In this document: positions 50,061 to 64,000 of the stretch, in pieces
How the letters are laid out: the number at the start of each line of letters is the position of its first letter
Numbering within the stretch: position 1 is the stretch's first letter
Source: Octopus vulgaris
Taxonomy: Eukaryota
Reading direction: 5' to 3'
Assembly: GCA_951406725.2 (NCBI GenBank)
Contig: OX597815.1
Coordinates: 29,140,001 to 29,204,000, forward strand
DNA length: 64,000 nt
Program-made: the position numbers and the translations under genes
Notes under the pieces: generated by a model
What the model was told of the DNA's origin: nothing
Databases searched by the model: none
What the model saw: the letters and a program-made list of their open reading frames with translations, nothing else

Positions 50061-50943
50061 AGTAAATCTGTAGCCATCCATACATACAGGCATGTCCTCT
50101 ACATCCCTCTCTCAGCCGAGAGGTCCTTGTCTTCAGAGTTCACAGGTGCTGGCATCACGTACAAAGCACCTATCTTGACACCACATAAAAGCACCTGTGA
50201 CAGTGGCACGTAAAAGCACTCATGCCAGTGATATGTGAAGAGCACCCAGTACTCTCTGTAAAGTGGTTGGCATTGGGAAGTGCATCCAGTTGTAGAAACC
50301 ATACCAAAACAGACAACTGGAGACTGGCAGCTTTTTGGCATGGTTTCTACAGCTTATATATAGGCACTTTCTACAGCTTATATATAGGCACAAGTGTGGC
50401 TGTGTGGTAAGAAGCTTGCTTCCCAACCACATGGTTCTAGGTTCAGTCCCACTGTGTGGCACCTTGGGCAAGTATCTTCTACCATAGCTTTGGGCTAACC
50501 AAAACCTTGTGAGTGGATTTGGTAGGCAGAAACTGAAAGAAGCCTGCTTTCCAACCATATGTTTCCAATTTCGGTCCCACTGTGTGACACCTTGGTAAGT
50601 GCCTTTTACTATAGCCTCAGGTTGACCAAAGCCTTGTGAGTGGGTATGGTAGATGGAAATTGAAAGAAATATGCCATATGTATATGTATATGTATGTGTG
50701 TGTATATATATTTGGAAACATATGGTTGGAAAGCATGCTTCTTACCACACAGCCACACCTGTGCTTATGTAAAAGAAAAGTTGGGAAGAAAGAAAGAAAT
50801 CAGAGTATTTACCTAAGATACTGTTAATAAGTGAATGGCTGAAAGAACTCTTGTCTAATTTAAATACAAATTATCATTATCATCATCATCATTACCTTTA
50901 CAAACACCACTACTGGCATTAAAATTCTATAAATAAAGCTCAC

Positions 50944-51015
50944 CTGCCAAGCCAAGATGTTTCAAATGATCTTTCTCTTCAAGAGGACTATAACATGTTC
51001 CATAAACCATTGGCC
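50944..51015 (-). CDS. RNASEH2A: RNase H2 subunit A, exon 2 (72 bp)
   Basis: tacag|GGCCAATG...GGCAG|gtgag; translates (G)PMVYGTCYSPLEEKDHLKHLGLA(D), matching the GPMVY..C motif of RNase H2A; phase joins the next exon. Confidence 0.93.
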
Positions 51016-52091
51016 CTGTAAAGAAATAAACAGACGAAAATATTTTAAAATAAATATTCCACAATAATTCTAGCTTCTAACATTTCAAAAAGCCAGCCTC
51101 TGTGTATTCATCTGACTTACTAGAAATGGCAGCCAAGAAGGAGGACACATTGGATTATTTGTTCTAAAATACATTCGATCCAGAAAAGATGGGACAGCCA
51201 TGCCTGGAATGTCTTGACCATCAAAGGTTTGATTATAGGTTTGCTTGATCAAAGCTGACCTAGAATTAAACCAAACATTCCAGCATATGACAAAATATAT
51301 TGAAATATTTGGAGTAAAATCAAGCAAGTGTATATATATATATGTATGTATATATGTAAGTCTATGCGTATATCTTTGTGTTTCTCCCTCATCACTGCTT
51401 CACAACTGCTGTTCGTTTATTTACATCCCCATAACTTACTGGTTTCACAAGAAGAAACTGATGGAATAAGTACCAGGCTTATCAACATAAAAAAAAAGCA
51501 CTAGGCTGTGTCTCATATTTTTGTTTGCCCATTGAGTTGTATTTTTCAATTTATCTTTTTGTGTATGTGGTCACAACTAGAAGACCTTTGATCAAAGCAC
51601 TGAATCTGGGGCTAATCATCAACTATGTATAGATTAGATCACATTAAGTAGATTTTAATCTATTCTGAATGAAATGACTTGGAACGAAGTCGTTAGCAGC
51701 ACTCTAATTGTGACCAGTTCCATTACTCTGAGACAAGAATCTTTGATATTTACAATATTTAAACAAGTCTTAATTTTAAAGATAATAATTATCATCACAA
51801 TAATATTACTGTGATGGTAATATAAAATTTCTGGACTATCTCATTTTTCATGTGTTAGTGTTAAATATGTTTTTCCCTCCAGATATCTCTCAATTCTGGC
51901 TGGCCTATTTGAATATGGATACATTTCTCAATGCTGAGCTTGTAGCCAGAACAGTGGCAAAGTGGTGAAAAGTCTTCAAAGCTACATAAGGAATAAAAGT
52001 TTGTGTGTGTGTGTGTGTGGTGTGTGTCTGTCTATCTGTCTGTCTGTCTGTGTGTGTGTGAGTGAGTGTGTGTGAGTGAATGTGTGTGTGT

Positions 52092-52127
<36 letters not shown>

Positions 52128-52552
52128 GCGTGTGCATACATGCATGTTTTATGATACAAACAGGTAAATAGGAAAACAGAAAACTCGAAACATGAGTACA
52201 TATACATTTTTACTACTTGGCAAAAGTTACAGGGTAGCTCATGCGCCAAAAGTATCATGTGTTGTACATCTTTTGATAAGGACCAATAAAAGGAGACCAA
52301 TAAAAGGAACTCTAACCCCCAGAGTTATTCTGTAACTTCGACTGATTATAATAAAAACTAATATATATCATCATCATCACTACACTCTCGGAGTGTTGGC
52401 GTTAGGAAGGGCATCCAGCTGTAGAAACTCAACCGGATCAGATTGAAGCCTGGCGCAGCCATCTGGTTCGTCAGTCCTCAGTCAAATCGTCCAACCCATG
52501 CTAGCATGGAAAGCGGACGTTAAACGATGATGATGACCATCATCATCATCAT

Positions 52553-52780
52553 TTAACCATTTAATGTTCAGATTACTCTGTTAAAAATAATACTTTTTCA
52601 CTCAAATTGTTTTTAATTAATCATGCATTATCTTGTAGCTTTGAGGTTTCAATGATGTGATTGTTTATTTTTAGAATGTCAATGTAGGTTAGGTGTGAAA
52701 GGCTAGATATTGCCAGTTTGAATATAAAACATTTAGAATATTTGGGCCGGATATGGCCGGTTAAAACACTAAAGGGTTAA
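52553..52780. mobile_element. TTAA-flanked MITE (second family)
   Basis: ttaacc…taaagggttaa; related copies at about 25135-25360, 42207-42370, 60727-60910, 62067-62218. Confidence 0.7.
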
Positions 52781-54796
52781 TGCCTGTTTTCCATGTTGGT
52801 AAGGGGTTGGACAGTTTGACAGGAGCTGGCAAGGCCAGGGGCTACACCAGGTTCTATTGTCTATTTTGGCGTGGTTTCTACAGTTGGATGCTATTCCTAA
52901 TGTCAATCACTTTACAGAGTGTACTGGCTGCTTTTTTATGTGGTACTAGCACTAATCGTGTCCCCAAGGGCGTGGGGTTACAGTAGATATGTGAGGACAT
53001 TGGTGGGGGAGTGTCTTGTTGAGGAGGATTTCAAAACTACATCTATGTGACAACACAGAAATTCTTTGTTTCACCATAAGTAATGCTTTTAGAAGATTAA
53101 AACAAGATCAAAAGCAATTATTCCCACAGATAGACAAAATGCTTTCTCACATTCAATTGTATTCTTAGATAACCTCAATATGAATTTGTTTCCCAGGGAC
53201 TGGTGTGATTGACCTGTCAGTTTTTCTAGCCGTAATACTTTCATTTTTTGTGAATTTCACAGAAAACTTTAAAAGGCCACTTTGTCAGCTGAATTTTCCA
53301 GTTTTATTCAGAAATGAATATGTGGTTTGTGTTCAGACACTTAGGCACCTTCTATTAGAGTCCCAGGCCAATCAATATCCATTGTGAGAATTTGGTAGAC
53401 AGAAACTGAAAGAAGCCTGTCATATGTGTGTGTGTTTTCTGTTTGTAGGTGTGAGTGTGTGTGTGCATGCATGCATGTGTGTGTATGCTGATTCCATGCT
53501 TGTCACTGGTTGTGTAAAGAGGTAGTAATGTTAACATTTCATGTCGAGATTATGACCACTGAGGTCCTCTGGAATAAATAATTCTTCACCGAAAAACATG
53601 TGAGAGTAAATAATAGGAAGAGCACCTGGTCACAAAATCCTGCCTTAAATAACTACCTGACTGAACCTATGCAAGCATGGGAAAATGGAAAATAAAACAA
53701 ATCCACTAGAGCCAATATCATTCACATGATACTTTTCTTTTTTTTTTTTCTGGAGAAAATAAAAAGTCAACAAGTTATATGTGAAAAACTCTACCATTTC
53801 TAAAATAAGTTTATAAACTTCTAAATAAATAATTTCAAGAATCAAAATAAAGAGATTATAAAACCTTCCTTCCCTATTAGTAATTGCAGAAGTTTTATAA
53901 AAGTGAACCCTACTTATGAACATGTGGAATTATGACCTAATAGAATTTCTATTTTGTTGACTAAAAATTGCTTTTCTTCTGTTTTTTGGGGGTTTGGGGA
54001 TTTTTTTTTTAATTTGTTTTCTAAAGCACTGTTGAACTTTCACTAATTGTAAGCTATGTTCTGACAATTATGAGAATTAGATTTCCAGATATTACAACTC
54101 AGTATATGATTCAGTTGTAGTACTGCAAATGAACATGTTATCAATTTTATTTCACTACTGGCGGTGCCCCAGCATGGCCACAACCATGGGGGGGGGGGCC
54201 TGAAACATGAAAGAATAAAAGAATTATGTAAACAAACAAACCCTTCTTGGAATTAAGAACTACTTTTGTTTGCAAGGTAGATAGTACTCCAGCACAAGCT
54301 CACTGCCAACTGTATATAACATTCAGAAATAATAACTTCATTCTCCCTCCCTAGTTATTAAAACAATTCAAGACATGCCTTGATGTTGCAAAATATTTAC
54401 ATATTTTCTCAACTCACGATTTAAGTAACATTCACTTTTGTAACTTTATCAAGCTCATTCTTTACAGAGGGAGATTAAATTAGTACCTTTTTAGGAGGAA
54501 GTGGTTAACTATTTCTATATTTTAGAGAGCAGGGGTATGAATTTTAACTACCATATTTGCTCATGTATCATCATTGGTCATTATCATTTTAACATCTGCC
54601 TTCCATGCTAGCATGGGTGGGACAGTTTCACAAGAGCTGACCAGGCAGAAACCTGCACCAGACTTCTGTGACTGTTTTGGCAGGATTTTTACAGCTGGAT
54701 GCCCTTCATAACACCAACCACTCAGCAGAGTGGACAATGCAAGAAATTTAATACAAAGATCAAGGTCAAAATTGAAGGGCAGAAAGTAGGTAATAT

Positions 54797-55216
54797 TCTT
54801 TTATTCTTTTATTCTTTTACTTGTTTCAGTCATTTGACTGTGGCCATGCTGGAGCACCGCCTTTAGTCGAGCAAATCGACCCCAGGACTTATTCTTTGTA
54901 AGCCTATTACTTATTCTATCGGTCTCTTTTGCCGAACCACTAAGTTACGGGGATGTAAACACACCAGCATCGGTTGTCAAGCGGTGTTGGGGGGGATGAA
55001 CACAGACACACAAACATATACACACACATACATATATATATATACATATATACGACAGGCTTCTTTCAGTTTCCGTCTACCAAATCCACTCACAAGGCTT
55101 TGGTCGGCCCAAGGCTATAGTAGAAGACACTTGCCCAAGGTGCCACACAGTGGGACTGAACCCGGAACCATGTGGTTGGTAAACAAGCTACTTACCACAC
55201 AGCCACTCCTGCGCCT
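54797..55216 (-). mobile_element. SINE family A
   Basis: Reverse complement of other copies; older copies at about 44350-44655, 50388-50545, 60918-61205. Confidence 0.85.
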
Positions 55217-57039
55217 ATACTATTGAGTATAATAGTATACTCAATACTCAAATGTAAAAGATAAGATGATACGATATCACTGATTTTTAGCAACAAAAAC
55301 TAAGAGTCACATTTTATTCAAGATTACAATACATTTGAGTAAATGTCATTCGTGTTTAAAAAGGATGTATTTAATCTATTTTGAAAAAGTATTCAAATGG
55401 TTCACTTTTAATGGCCAGTATTTAAGTAGTTTCTGTTTAAGGGAAAGTCCTTTTTAATGTGGAGAATTTATCTCCTTCATTTCAGTAGCAAGTGTTTAAC
55501 TAACTTGCATATTTAAAGAGTGCAACAAAACAATAAAAAAGACCTCCAGATTCGCCGTTCTTGACTGGCAAATAAGTGTACAACTATCAAAACAATGATG
55601 GTAGCTAAAAAATAAAATAAAACATTAACTACATAAAGACACCATTTTCACCTGCCTAGCTTCACTAGCACCGCACCAATGACCATTTAAAATACTAGAG
55701 GTTTATTTGCAACACTGTATGCCTCTTATCACTTTTTTTTTTTTAGCAATATATTGATGGCTATTCATTCCATTTCTAAGAATAAGGCCAATTCTCTGTG
55801 GAAAAGCAAACTAGAACTGATCAAGCCAGTTAAATACTGCTACTTATTTTACTGAATCCAGAGTTAGAAAAGGTTAAGTCAAATTTTCAAAGATCAAAAT
55901 TAAATATTTGATCTTTCACATGACTATACATTTTAACTTATTAAAACATCAAAATTTCTTACAACTTTTATTGTCATTGCTTTCATTTTGTTTAATAAAA
56001 GTTATTACGCAACAAATGCCAGCTTCCAAATCCTGTTTTCTGATAGGGTAAAAATTATCAAACTTTAAACCTCTTCAATATTGTCGTAAAATTTTCTGGA
56101 ACAAGTGAATAACAACATCAGATTCAGTGTGAAAAATTACACCAATACCAAATTTGAAGATTTTCACTTAATTTTAAAATTTTAAAAAGTGAAAGCCAAA
56201 CTTACTCTTAAAACAGACAGGATTTTAATGGCTGTAATATCTTTGATTACAAGGTCTGTTTGACTTAACCTGGGACTTAACAACAACAATGGTTGAAGAA
56301 GCTATCTACATATAGAAAACTTGATTCAAACAATAGCAATTGAGAAGCACAGACAATGCTCAAAGCTCTTTTAGACTTCCCTAGTCTTAAAGATCAGAAC
56401 AACTAAGTAAGGTTAGTTAGATCAGTATAGTTGTTGGGTGTTAGTAAGAGAACATAGGAAGGCAGTGATTTAGTGGAGGCAAGGTATTATCAGGCAGTTA
56501 TAAGAAGAGACAAAGAATTTAAAAGTAGTAAGGAGGTAATATAGAGTAGCAATAAAAAAAAAAAGAATACAATGAAGTGTTCTGATAAGTATAGGCCAAT
56601 GTCTATTTGTCAGTCAGAGTAGACTTTTAATATATATCATCATCATCATTTAATGTCTGTTTTCCATTCTTGCATGGGTTGGACAGTTTGACAGGATTTG
56701 GCAAACCAGAGGGATGCACCAGGATCCAGTTGTCTGTTTTAGCCTGTTTTCTACAGCTGGATATCCTTCCTAATACCAACTGTTTTACAGAGTGTACTGG
56801 GTGCTTTTTTTATATGACACCAGAACTCTACAATCTACTAACACCCAACATTGAATTAATAAACACACTATACACTTTCTGTTGTGGAAAAGCCCTTGTT
56901 TTGTACTTTGTGAGCCAACCACAAATTGTCGCCATTTTATATTTTTAATTTCGCGCATGCACATTGTTTGTTTTTGATTTTGTTGACTACATAGGATAGT
57001 AGGGTCAGTTGGGCACTGTCTTTAAGAAAAACAGCATCA

Positions 57040-58568
57040 TGACACAATTCACTCTGTTAGAAATTTGGAAACAACATGCTAAAGTGTTTGGCATTCGCAC
57101 CAGAAGCTCCAGTATGAACATTTTAGAATGTTTGGGAGTAAATCTGAGGATAGTGCAGAGGATTCGGAAAGAGTTGGATGAGTCTAATGATGATTACGAA
57201 GGTACAGTGGCTCGATTGTTCTGATAAGAAAAAAACTCCTAAATCTGTTGGTGAGATCCAGGCCATGATTGACAACAATCTCTCCAAGTCAATCAGGTCC
57301 ATAGCCAGGGATATGGGAGTGTCTGAGTTTCTTATCAGGCAGGTAGTGCATGAAGACATTTGGTATTCCTTATACAAGATGAGAAAGGGCCAATTTTTAT
57401 CCCAAACCATCAAGGACAAGAGGAAAGATTGTGCTACAAAGCTTTTGATCAAACTCAAGCATGCCCTCCAACCGAACATGCTTTGGTTTTTCTCAGATGA
57501 GAAAAATTTCTGCTAGTATCAGATGGTGAACACACAGAACAACTGTTGGCTTGCCATGTCCTCAAAACATGTACCAAGAGTGATAAAAATCAAACATCCA
57601 GTCAACATCATGGTGTTTGGAGTGATTTCTATTGATGGTGATGTCATGCCTCCATTCATCTGCCTACGCAGCCTCAGGCTCAACATGGAGGCCTACATCT
57701 AATGCCTGGAGGTAGTGCTGTCCTGGGTCGAGAAGGTGGCTGCTGAAAGACCCTATGTCTGGCAACAGGACTTTGCATTATACCACACAAGTAGAAGAAC
57801 CCAGTCATGGTTGTCAGACAATTTCTGAAACCACATCACCCCTAACATCTGGCCGCCTAACTCCCCAGACTGCAACCCCTTTGATTATTATATGTGGGGC
57901 ACAGATGAGTGAGAGACCAACAAAACTCCTTGTAACACCAAAGTTGAAGTGAAGGCAGCATTCACCAACTTAAATAAGGAGACTGTCCAGAAGAGTTGCA
58001 GGAGATTCCTAAGTTGTCCTGAGACTGTAGTTGAAGCCAATGGCGATTTTACTGAATTAGTTTACTCTTTAGTATCTCAAGATATTTTTATGTAATTTTG
58101 GTAAATATCTCTCTCTATATAAACGGCAGTTTGTCTGTGCGTGTTTCTGTGTGTCTGTTTGCTTGTACCCTCACCCTGACCACGGCTTTGAACCGATTCT
58201 GATGAAACTTGACACACACATAGCCCAATGTCATAATTCAAAACTAACGCAGCGAAAATTTTGAAAAGTTCCCCCAGTTCTGAAAAAAATCGATAAATTC
58301 GACATGGGGTCGAGAATCAGAAACACGAACCACAAACTGTCTAGGGGACGCAACTCCACCTTTTTTAAATCTCAAAAAAAATTTACCATCATTTTTTTCC
58401 ATTTTTTTTTGCTATTTTTTGGCTATAACTCTCTAAAAATGCTTTATAGTTATTTCCCTTACAAACCTGAGCAACGCCGGGCAATACTGCTAGTACCTGA
58501 TAAAACGAGATATCAGTGTTATTTTCATTTTTGTGTAAATTAGATGACAATTTATTCACTGCACCCTG
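57040..58568 (+). mobile_element. DD37D (maT-type) Tc1/mariner transposon remnant
   Basis: SIRSIARDMGVSE, FFSDEKNF, WQQD-(37 codons)-D in WPPNSPDCNPFDY; several stops; 3' end …tgcaccctg|ta; interrupted by 58108-58493. Confidence 0.85.
58108..58493 (+). mobile_element. Non-autonomous Helitron-like element sharing its 3' end with 13403-13804
   Basis: a|TC…gagcaacgccgggcaatactgCTAG|t. Confidence 0.75.
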
Positions 58569-58586
58569 TATATGTATGTGTGTGTG

Positions 58587-58631
<45 letters not shown>

Positions 58632-58688
58632 TCAAAATGTGACTGCGTGTGTACCGTCTTCCCTTCTTTGGATCTTTCCTTTTCCTAT

Positions 58689-58723
58689 GTTTCTGACGAA
58701 GAGCTCTGCTCGAAAAGTTAAAC
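58689..58723 (+). ncRNA. Minimal hammerhead motif in a ~190-bp (TA)n-flanked element (about 58630-58820)
   Basis: GUUU-CUGACGA-A-GAGC(UCU)GCUC-GAAA-AG-UU-AAAC; related degenerate copies at 7480-7515 (+) and about 25580-25615 (-) share GCUCGAAACGU. Confidence 0.6.
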
Positions 58724-58816
58724 CCTCCTTCTTTCCTGAGCATCCAATAATATTATACTTGTTCCACGTCCTCGCGTTGTTGTGTTTTCTCTTTGTGTTT
58801 TCATGTTTGGATTAAC

Positions 58817-58857
<41 letters not shown>

Positions 58858-59965
58858 CAAAGATCTACGAACATTTACGTAAGTAAAATTATGTAATATG
58901 TTAATAGTGAAACATGTATGTGAATAATCCATATTTTTATTGCTTTTCTTTTGTCTTGCTCGATTACGTTTTGTGTTTGCTGAATTTTTCTTGAGAACAT
59001 TTCTTAGTGGCAAGACCAGAGTGGATCTACTTCTAGCATAAGGGTTGTCCACATAGAGGTCATCCCTCTCATATGTGTGTGTGTGTGTATATATATATTA
59101 TATTATTGTATAATTTCAGCTATATGAACAATGTAGGATCTCTATATGAAGTTAATGAAGACTGATTCTGCACAGAATACACAATAAGGTCTCTATATGA
59201 AGCTGTTGGAGACTGACTGGCCTTATCATAAATAGAGTTTGATGGTTTGTGTTATATTCATAAAAAAAGGGGAGAAGTAAAGTACATTACTGTTGTAATT
59301 GTTTTTTAATAACATTGCTAATTACTATCTACAGATAAAGAGCCTCTTCAATAATGATCAAACCCTGAGATATACTATCAATGTTCAAGTTGATGTCTAC
59401 GGTAGCTGGTTACTACAAAGTTAGGCAAGTCACTCAGTACAAAATAGGCTTAGTTCTGGTTAGTGCAGATAATGCAATTAGAACTGTTTATACACTTGCT
59501 CTGTTGCTAATGCAGCTGAGAAGAAAATTTTCCTTATGCATTCACTTATTATTATATAACCGTAATCACAAAAGGTATCACTCAGTTTTTAATTGTATGA
59601 TTTTCAAATCCTATGCCGCATAAACATGTTCCATATTAGCATAAATTTTTCCAGTGAAAAAAAAGAAACCTGCCTGACCAGGATCAACAGTTGTATGATG
59701 TAAAAAGAAAGGTCATAAAGTAAGAAAATGAAAGTAATTTTCTAATGTTGATTGTAAAGGACAGAATAGGACTTGTTTACAAAAAATAATATCTCGTTAT
59801 CATCTTTTTAATGCTGTTTGCGATGTTAAGGACAAGCTGAGTGGTCTGATTTCAGCATTCTAAAATCAGACCATTCCACTAGTACATTCCAACACACCCA
59901 CTTGCATCACATACCAGAGCAAGCAACTCTACTGTATACCTCAGGATGATGGCTTTCATACCCAG

Positions 59966-60020
<55 letters not shown>

Positions 60021-61349
60021 CTGTCTAGCTAGCTAGTTATTCCCATCTTCCTATCTATCCATCTAGTTGTGCTCTGTTTCTCAGGCTAACATTAAACATG
60101 CAATTGATCGATAGCTCTTAACCTTTTGTGTGAAAATACATGGCCTAATGGTTGGGGTGTTGCACTCACAATCATAAGATCACAGTTTCAGTTCCTAGAC
60201 CGAGCAGTGTGTGGTGTTCTTGAGCAAAACACTTCATTTCATGCTGTTCTAGTCCACTCAGCCATAAATGAGTTCCCACAATAGCTGGGAAGTTAAACCT
60301 GTGACAGTCTGACATCCCATTAAAGGGGAATGTTGTAACTTCAGTCAAGTATATAACATGGAAACTGGATTAAGCCCTGGCCTTATGAGTCTTAAAGTTC
60401 ATGACAGACCTAAGCCTCTCAATCTTTTGAAGTTCAGTGTCTCTTTTTCATGGAATTGCATTTTATAGATATTTTGCACACAAAGAATTTTTTTACATCA
60501 AACAGAAGCTAATTTTACAGTGATTTATTGTTCCATCCAAAGTGATAATTGCATGCACTAGTAACCCCTGTACAATAAATTTTTACAGAAATTGCTAAAG
60601 AAGGGAAGAAGTTATATAATAAAATTATACTGGACCTTAGCATATTATCAGCCATGTTTCTGCTCATAGATAACATAATATCCTCTTCATATTTTAATCC
60701 TGACAAAGATATCTTTCAATATATATTTAACCTTTTAACAATCAGATTACTCTGTCATATGGTAATGCTTATTTAACTACGTAGTTTTGAATTTATAATA
60801 CATTATCTTTAGCTTTGAAATTTCAGTGAATGTGAATGTTTATTTCTAGAATGACATTGTAGGGCAAGTGTGAAAGACCTAATCTCATCAGTTTCAATAT
60901 TAAAGGGTTAAAATATCAGGTGCAAGCATGGCTGTGTGGCAAGAACCTTGATTCCCAATCACATGATTCTGGGTTCAGTCTCACTGTGTAGAACCTGGGG
61001 TAAGTCTTCTATTATAGCCTCAGGTCAACTAAAAGCCTTGTGAGTAGATTTGGTAGACAGAAACTGAAAGAAGCAGTTTAGCAAAAGAGACTGATAGAAT
61101 AAGTAGTAGGCTTAAGAAATAAATCCTGGAGTTAATTTGTTCAATTAAAACCCTTGAATGTGCTCCAGCATGGCCAAAGTCAAATGACTGAAACAAAGTA
61201 AAAGAGTTGTACCTGAATTAAATACATTTTCTCTGGAAAAAAATCATGACCTCTCTAAACACCATTTTTCATATTTTCCATGACATTTTCCATCACCCTG
61301 TCAGCTCACAACCTCCAAAGGGATCATTACCATCTATGGAAGAACCACT

Positions 61350-61570
61350 GCATTGATTTCAAAAAGCTACAATTCCCACTGAGATTAAGCTTTGCAATGA
61401 GGATCAACAAAGCACAGGGTCAAACATTGGAAGTGGTAGGCCTTAATCTTACAGAATCTGCTTTTTCTTATGGACAGCTCTTATGTCTGATGCTCTAGAG
61501 TTGGAAATCTGGAAAATTTATTCATCTATGCACCCAACAGCAAAACCAAAAACTATGTGTATCAGATACT
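61350..61570 (+). mobile_element. Helitron PIF1-like helicase C-terminal fragment
   Basis: FKKLQFPLRLSFAMRINKAQGQTLEVVGLNLTESAFSYGQL. Confidence 0.8.
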
Positions 61571-62218
61571 AAATGATGATGATGAAGATTTTAGTCTTGC
61601 AAGCAGCATAACAACCTCATTAGTGCTAATTCCACAAAAAAGTACTTAGGTACACTTTGTAAAGTGGTTAGTACTAGGAAGGAATCTAGTAATAGAAACC
61701 ATACCAGCACTGAACAGGAATGTTAAATGATGATGATGATGAACTCTTGCCAAGTACTTTCTTCCTCACTTTCCAGACCAGCCACATAGCTCTTAAAGCC
61801 CATCACCATATTACCAGCTGACTACCTTAGACACTGCTCCACCCAAAAGATCAGATAGCCGCTTTCAGCAGAATACTCCTTAGAAATGCCCAACTATTTT
61901 CCATGTTATATTTCTCAATTTCCTCCTGCACTAGAGTAAAACATGCAGTTACATCCATACTCCTCTAATTGCTTTGTGTTTCCAATTCCTTTCCCCCGCA
62001 ACTTAAAGTCCCTAATGTGTAATCTATGCTGAAAAAGTACATTTCTCATCAGGAAAGGGTTTAATAGTCTCTCACACTTGCCCTACAATGTCATTCTAGA
62101 AATAAACATTCACATCCACTGAAATTTCAAAGCTAAAGATAATGTATTATAAATTCAAAACAATGTAGATAAATAAGCATCACCATAAGACAGAGGAATC
62201 TGATTGCTAAAGGGTTAA

Positions 62219-62425
62219 CCCTTTCGTTACTGTATTTATTTTGAGATGCTCTGTGTTTCTTTCAATTAATTTTAAATGTAACAAAGAATTTAATAAAATA
62301 ACTTAGTTATCATACAGCCAGTGTTAGGAACATAAATTGTGGAAGATTTTAATTCAAAACTTATGAAAACATGACATTTGTTCTCAGAGCCAGAGCCGGT
62401 TTCAGCTGGGTTGGTAATGAAAGGG
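62219..62425. mobile_element. piggyBac-like MITE
   Basis: TTAA|CCCTTTC…GAAAGGG|TTAA. Confidence 0.8.
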
Positions 62426-62928
62426 TTAAATACATACTGAAAGATATCTTTGTCAGGATTAAAATATGAAGAGGACATTATGTTATCTATGAGCAGAAAC
62501 ATGGCTGATAATATGCCAAGGTCCAGTATTATTTTATTATATAAATTCTTGCTTTCTTTAGCAATTTCTGTAAAAATTCAGAACCAGATTGTTTCATTTC
62601 CTTTGAAATACAAATCAATCTGACTCTCCTGTCCACTTGAGTGATGGGTAACCAAGTCACTGATTGACTGCCTGAAGTTTGTGTAGCAAATGATTTCTTT
62701 CAACTTCTTCATTTATTTGTTTCAGTCACTGGACTGTGGCCATACTTGGGCACCACCCTGAAAGGTTTGGTCAAACAAATCAACTCCAGAAATATAAGTA
62801 TTTTTTTTTAAAGTCTGGTACTTATTCTCTTATCTTTTGCTGAACCACTAAATCAAGGGAACATAAACAAACTAATACCCGTTATTAAATGATGGGACGG
62901 AGAGTAAACACAAGGATGCACATACACA

Positions 62929-63008
<80 letters not shown>

Positions 63009-64000
63009 TTGAGTTCAATTTCATCCTTTTACTTTGGGGTGGGGTTCAAAGTTAGATTTCTAATAAAATTTTTCATATTAAATTTGTAGCTTAATATTCT
63101 AAGTATTTTAACAAAAAAATATGAAAATTTTACAAGTATAAGGTGTGTTATGAACATTTATAGAACACGTATGCTATATAAACTCAATAATTAAATTAAT
63201 TTAATTACATATTATCATTCTCCTCAGTGCAAAAAGAATACATCTGAAAAGTAGTATCAGAAGAATATTATGTTGTTAAAGAAGATGGTATGGAGTCTGT
63301 GTCACATAACTCATTCGGATATTTAAACCTTTTACATTGTATACCACTCATCATATATAAATTTAAATATAGTTATGATGTCCCATTGGACGCTAATTTT
63401 TTTATATGTATACACATATGTATATGTGGATATATATGCACATATTGTGTGGGTACATGCATGTATGTGTATATGTATGTGTGTGTATATACATATATAT
63501 ATATATATATGTTTATGTGCATGTGCCTATGTGTGTGTATATTATCATCATCATCATTGTTTAATGTCCGCTTTCCATGCTAGCATGGGTTGTATGATTT
63601 GACTGAGGACTGGTGAACCAGATGGCTACACCAGGCTCCAATCTGATCTGGCAGAGTTTCTACAGCTGGATGCCCTTCCTAATGCCAACCACTCCGAGAG
63701 TGTAATGGGTACTTTTACGTGCCACCGGCACGAGGCCAATCAAGTGATACTGGCAACAGCCACGCTCAAATGGTGCTTTTTTACATGCCACCTGCACAGG
63801 AGCCAATCCAGCAGCACTGGCAATGACCTCACTTCAATCTTCTTTCACGTGCCACCAGCACAAGTGCCAGTAAGTATGATAAATGCTTTATATGGTATTT
63901 CACTATATTAATTATCCTCATATAGAGAAAATGTTTCTTAAACTTTTTTCACTTATATTTCAAATATCTGTTAGCCAAATCAGTTTTAGGTTTTACACAA

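Noticed and set aside
51016-64000. RNASEH2A exon 1 (DEAGRGP motif)
   Set aside because: No matching codons found on the minus strand by eye; the near match at about 55650-55680 does not encode the motif.

Overview
AT-rich, microsatellite- and SINE-dense animal DNA, most likely an octopod cephalopod (inferred from the [11 protein letters not shown]...HTGEKP zinc-finger style and the repeat landscape). Exons 2-8 of a spliced RNase H2 catalytic subunit gene (RNASEH2A) lie on the minus strand from 51015 to 20970; I did not find exon 1 (DEAGRGP motif), which is probably beyond 64000. An intronless 654-aa C2H2 zinc-finger ORF is nested antisense in intron 5. It sits between two inverted copies of a sequence from a Naiad-type Penelope-like retroelement (PLE); the left copy continues into the PLE ORF and is preceded by a hammerhead ribozyme motif, which suggests PLE-mediated capture of a zinc-finger gene. 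The window also holds many short fold-back (palindromic) insertions, mostly in AT-rich or (TA)n sites, carrying minimal hammerhead motifs whose core covaries at the 3:8 pair (C-G, G-C, U-A, U-G). The rest is tRNA-derived SINEs, CR1 and RTE LINE fragments, Tc1/mariner/maT remnants, Helitron-like elements and TTAA MITEs. All calls are by eye; no searches or folding programs were run.
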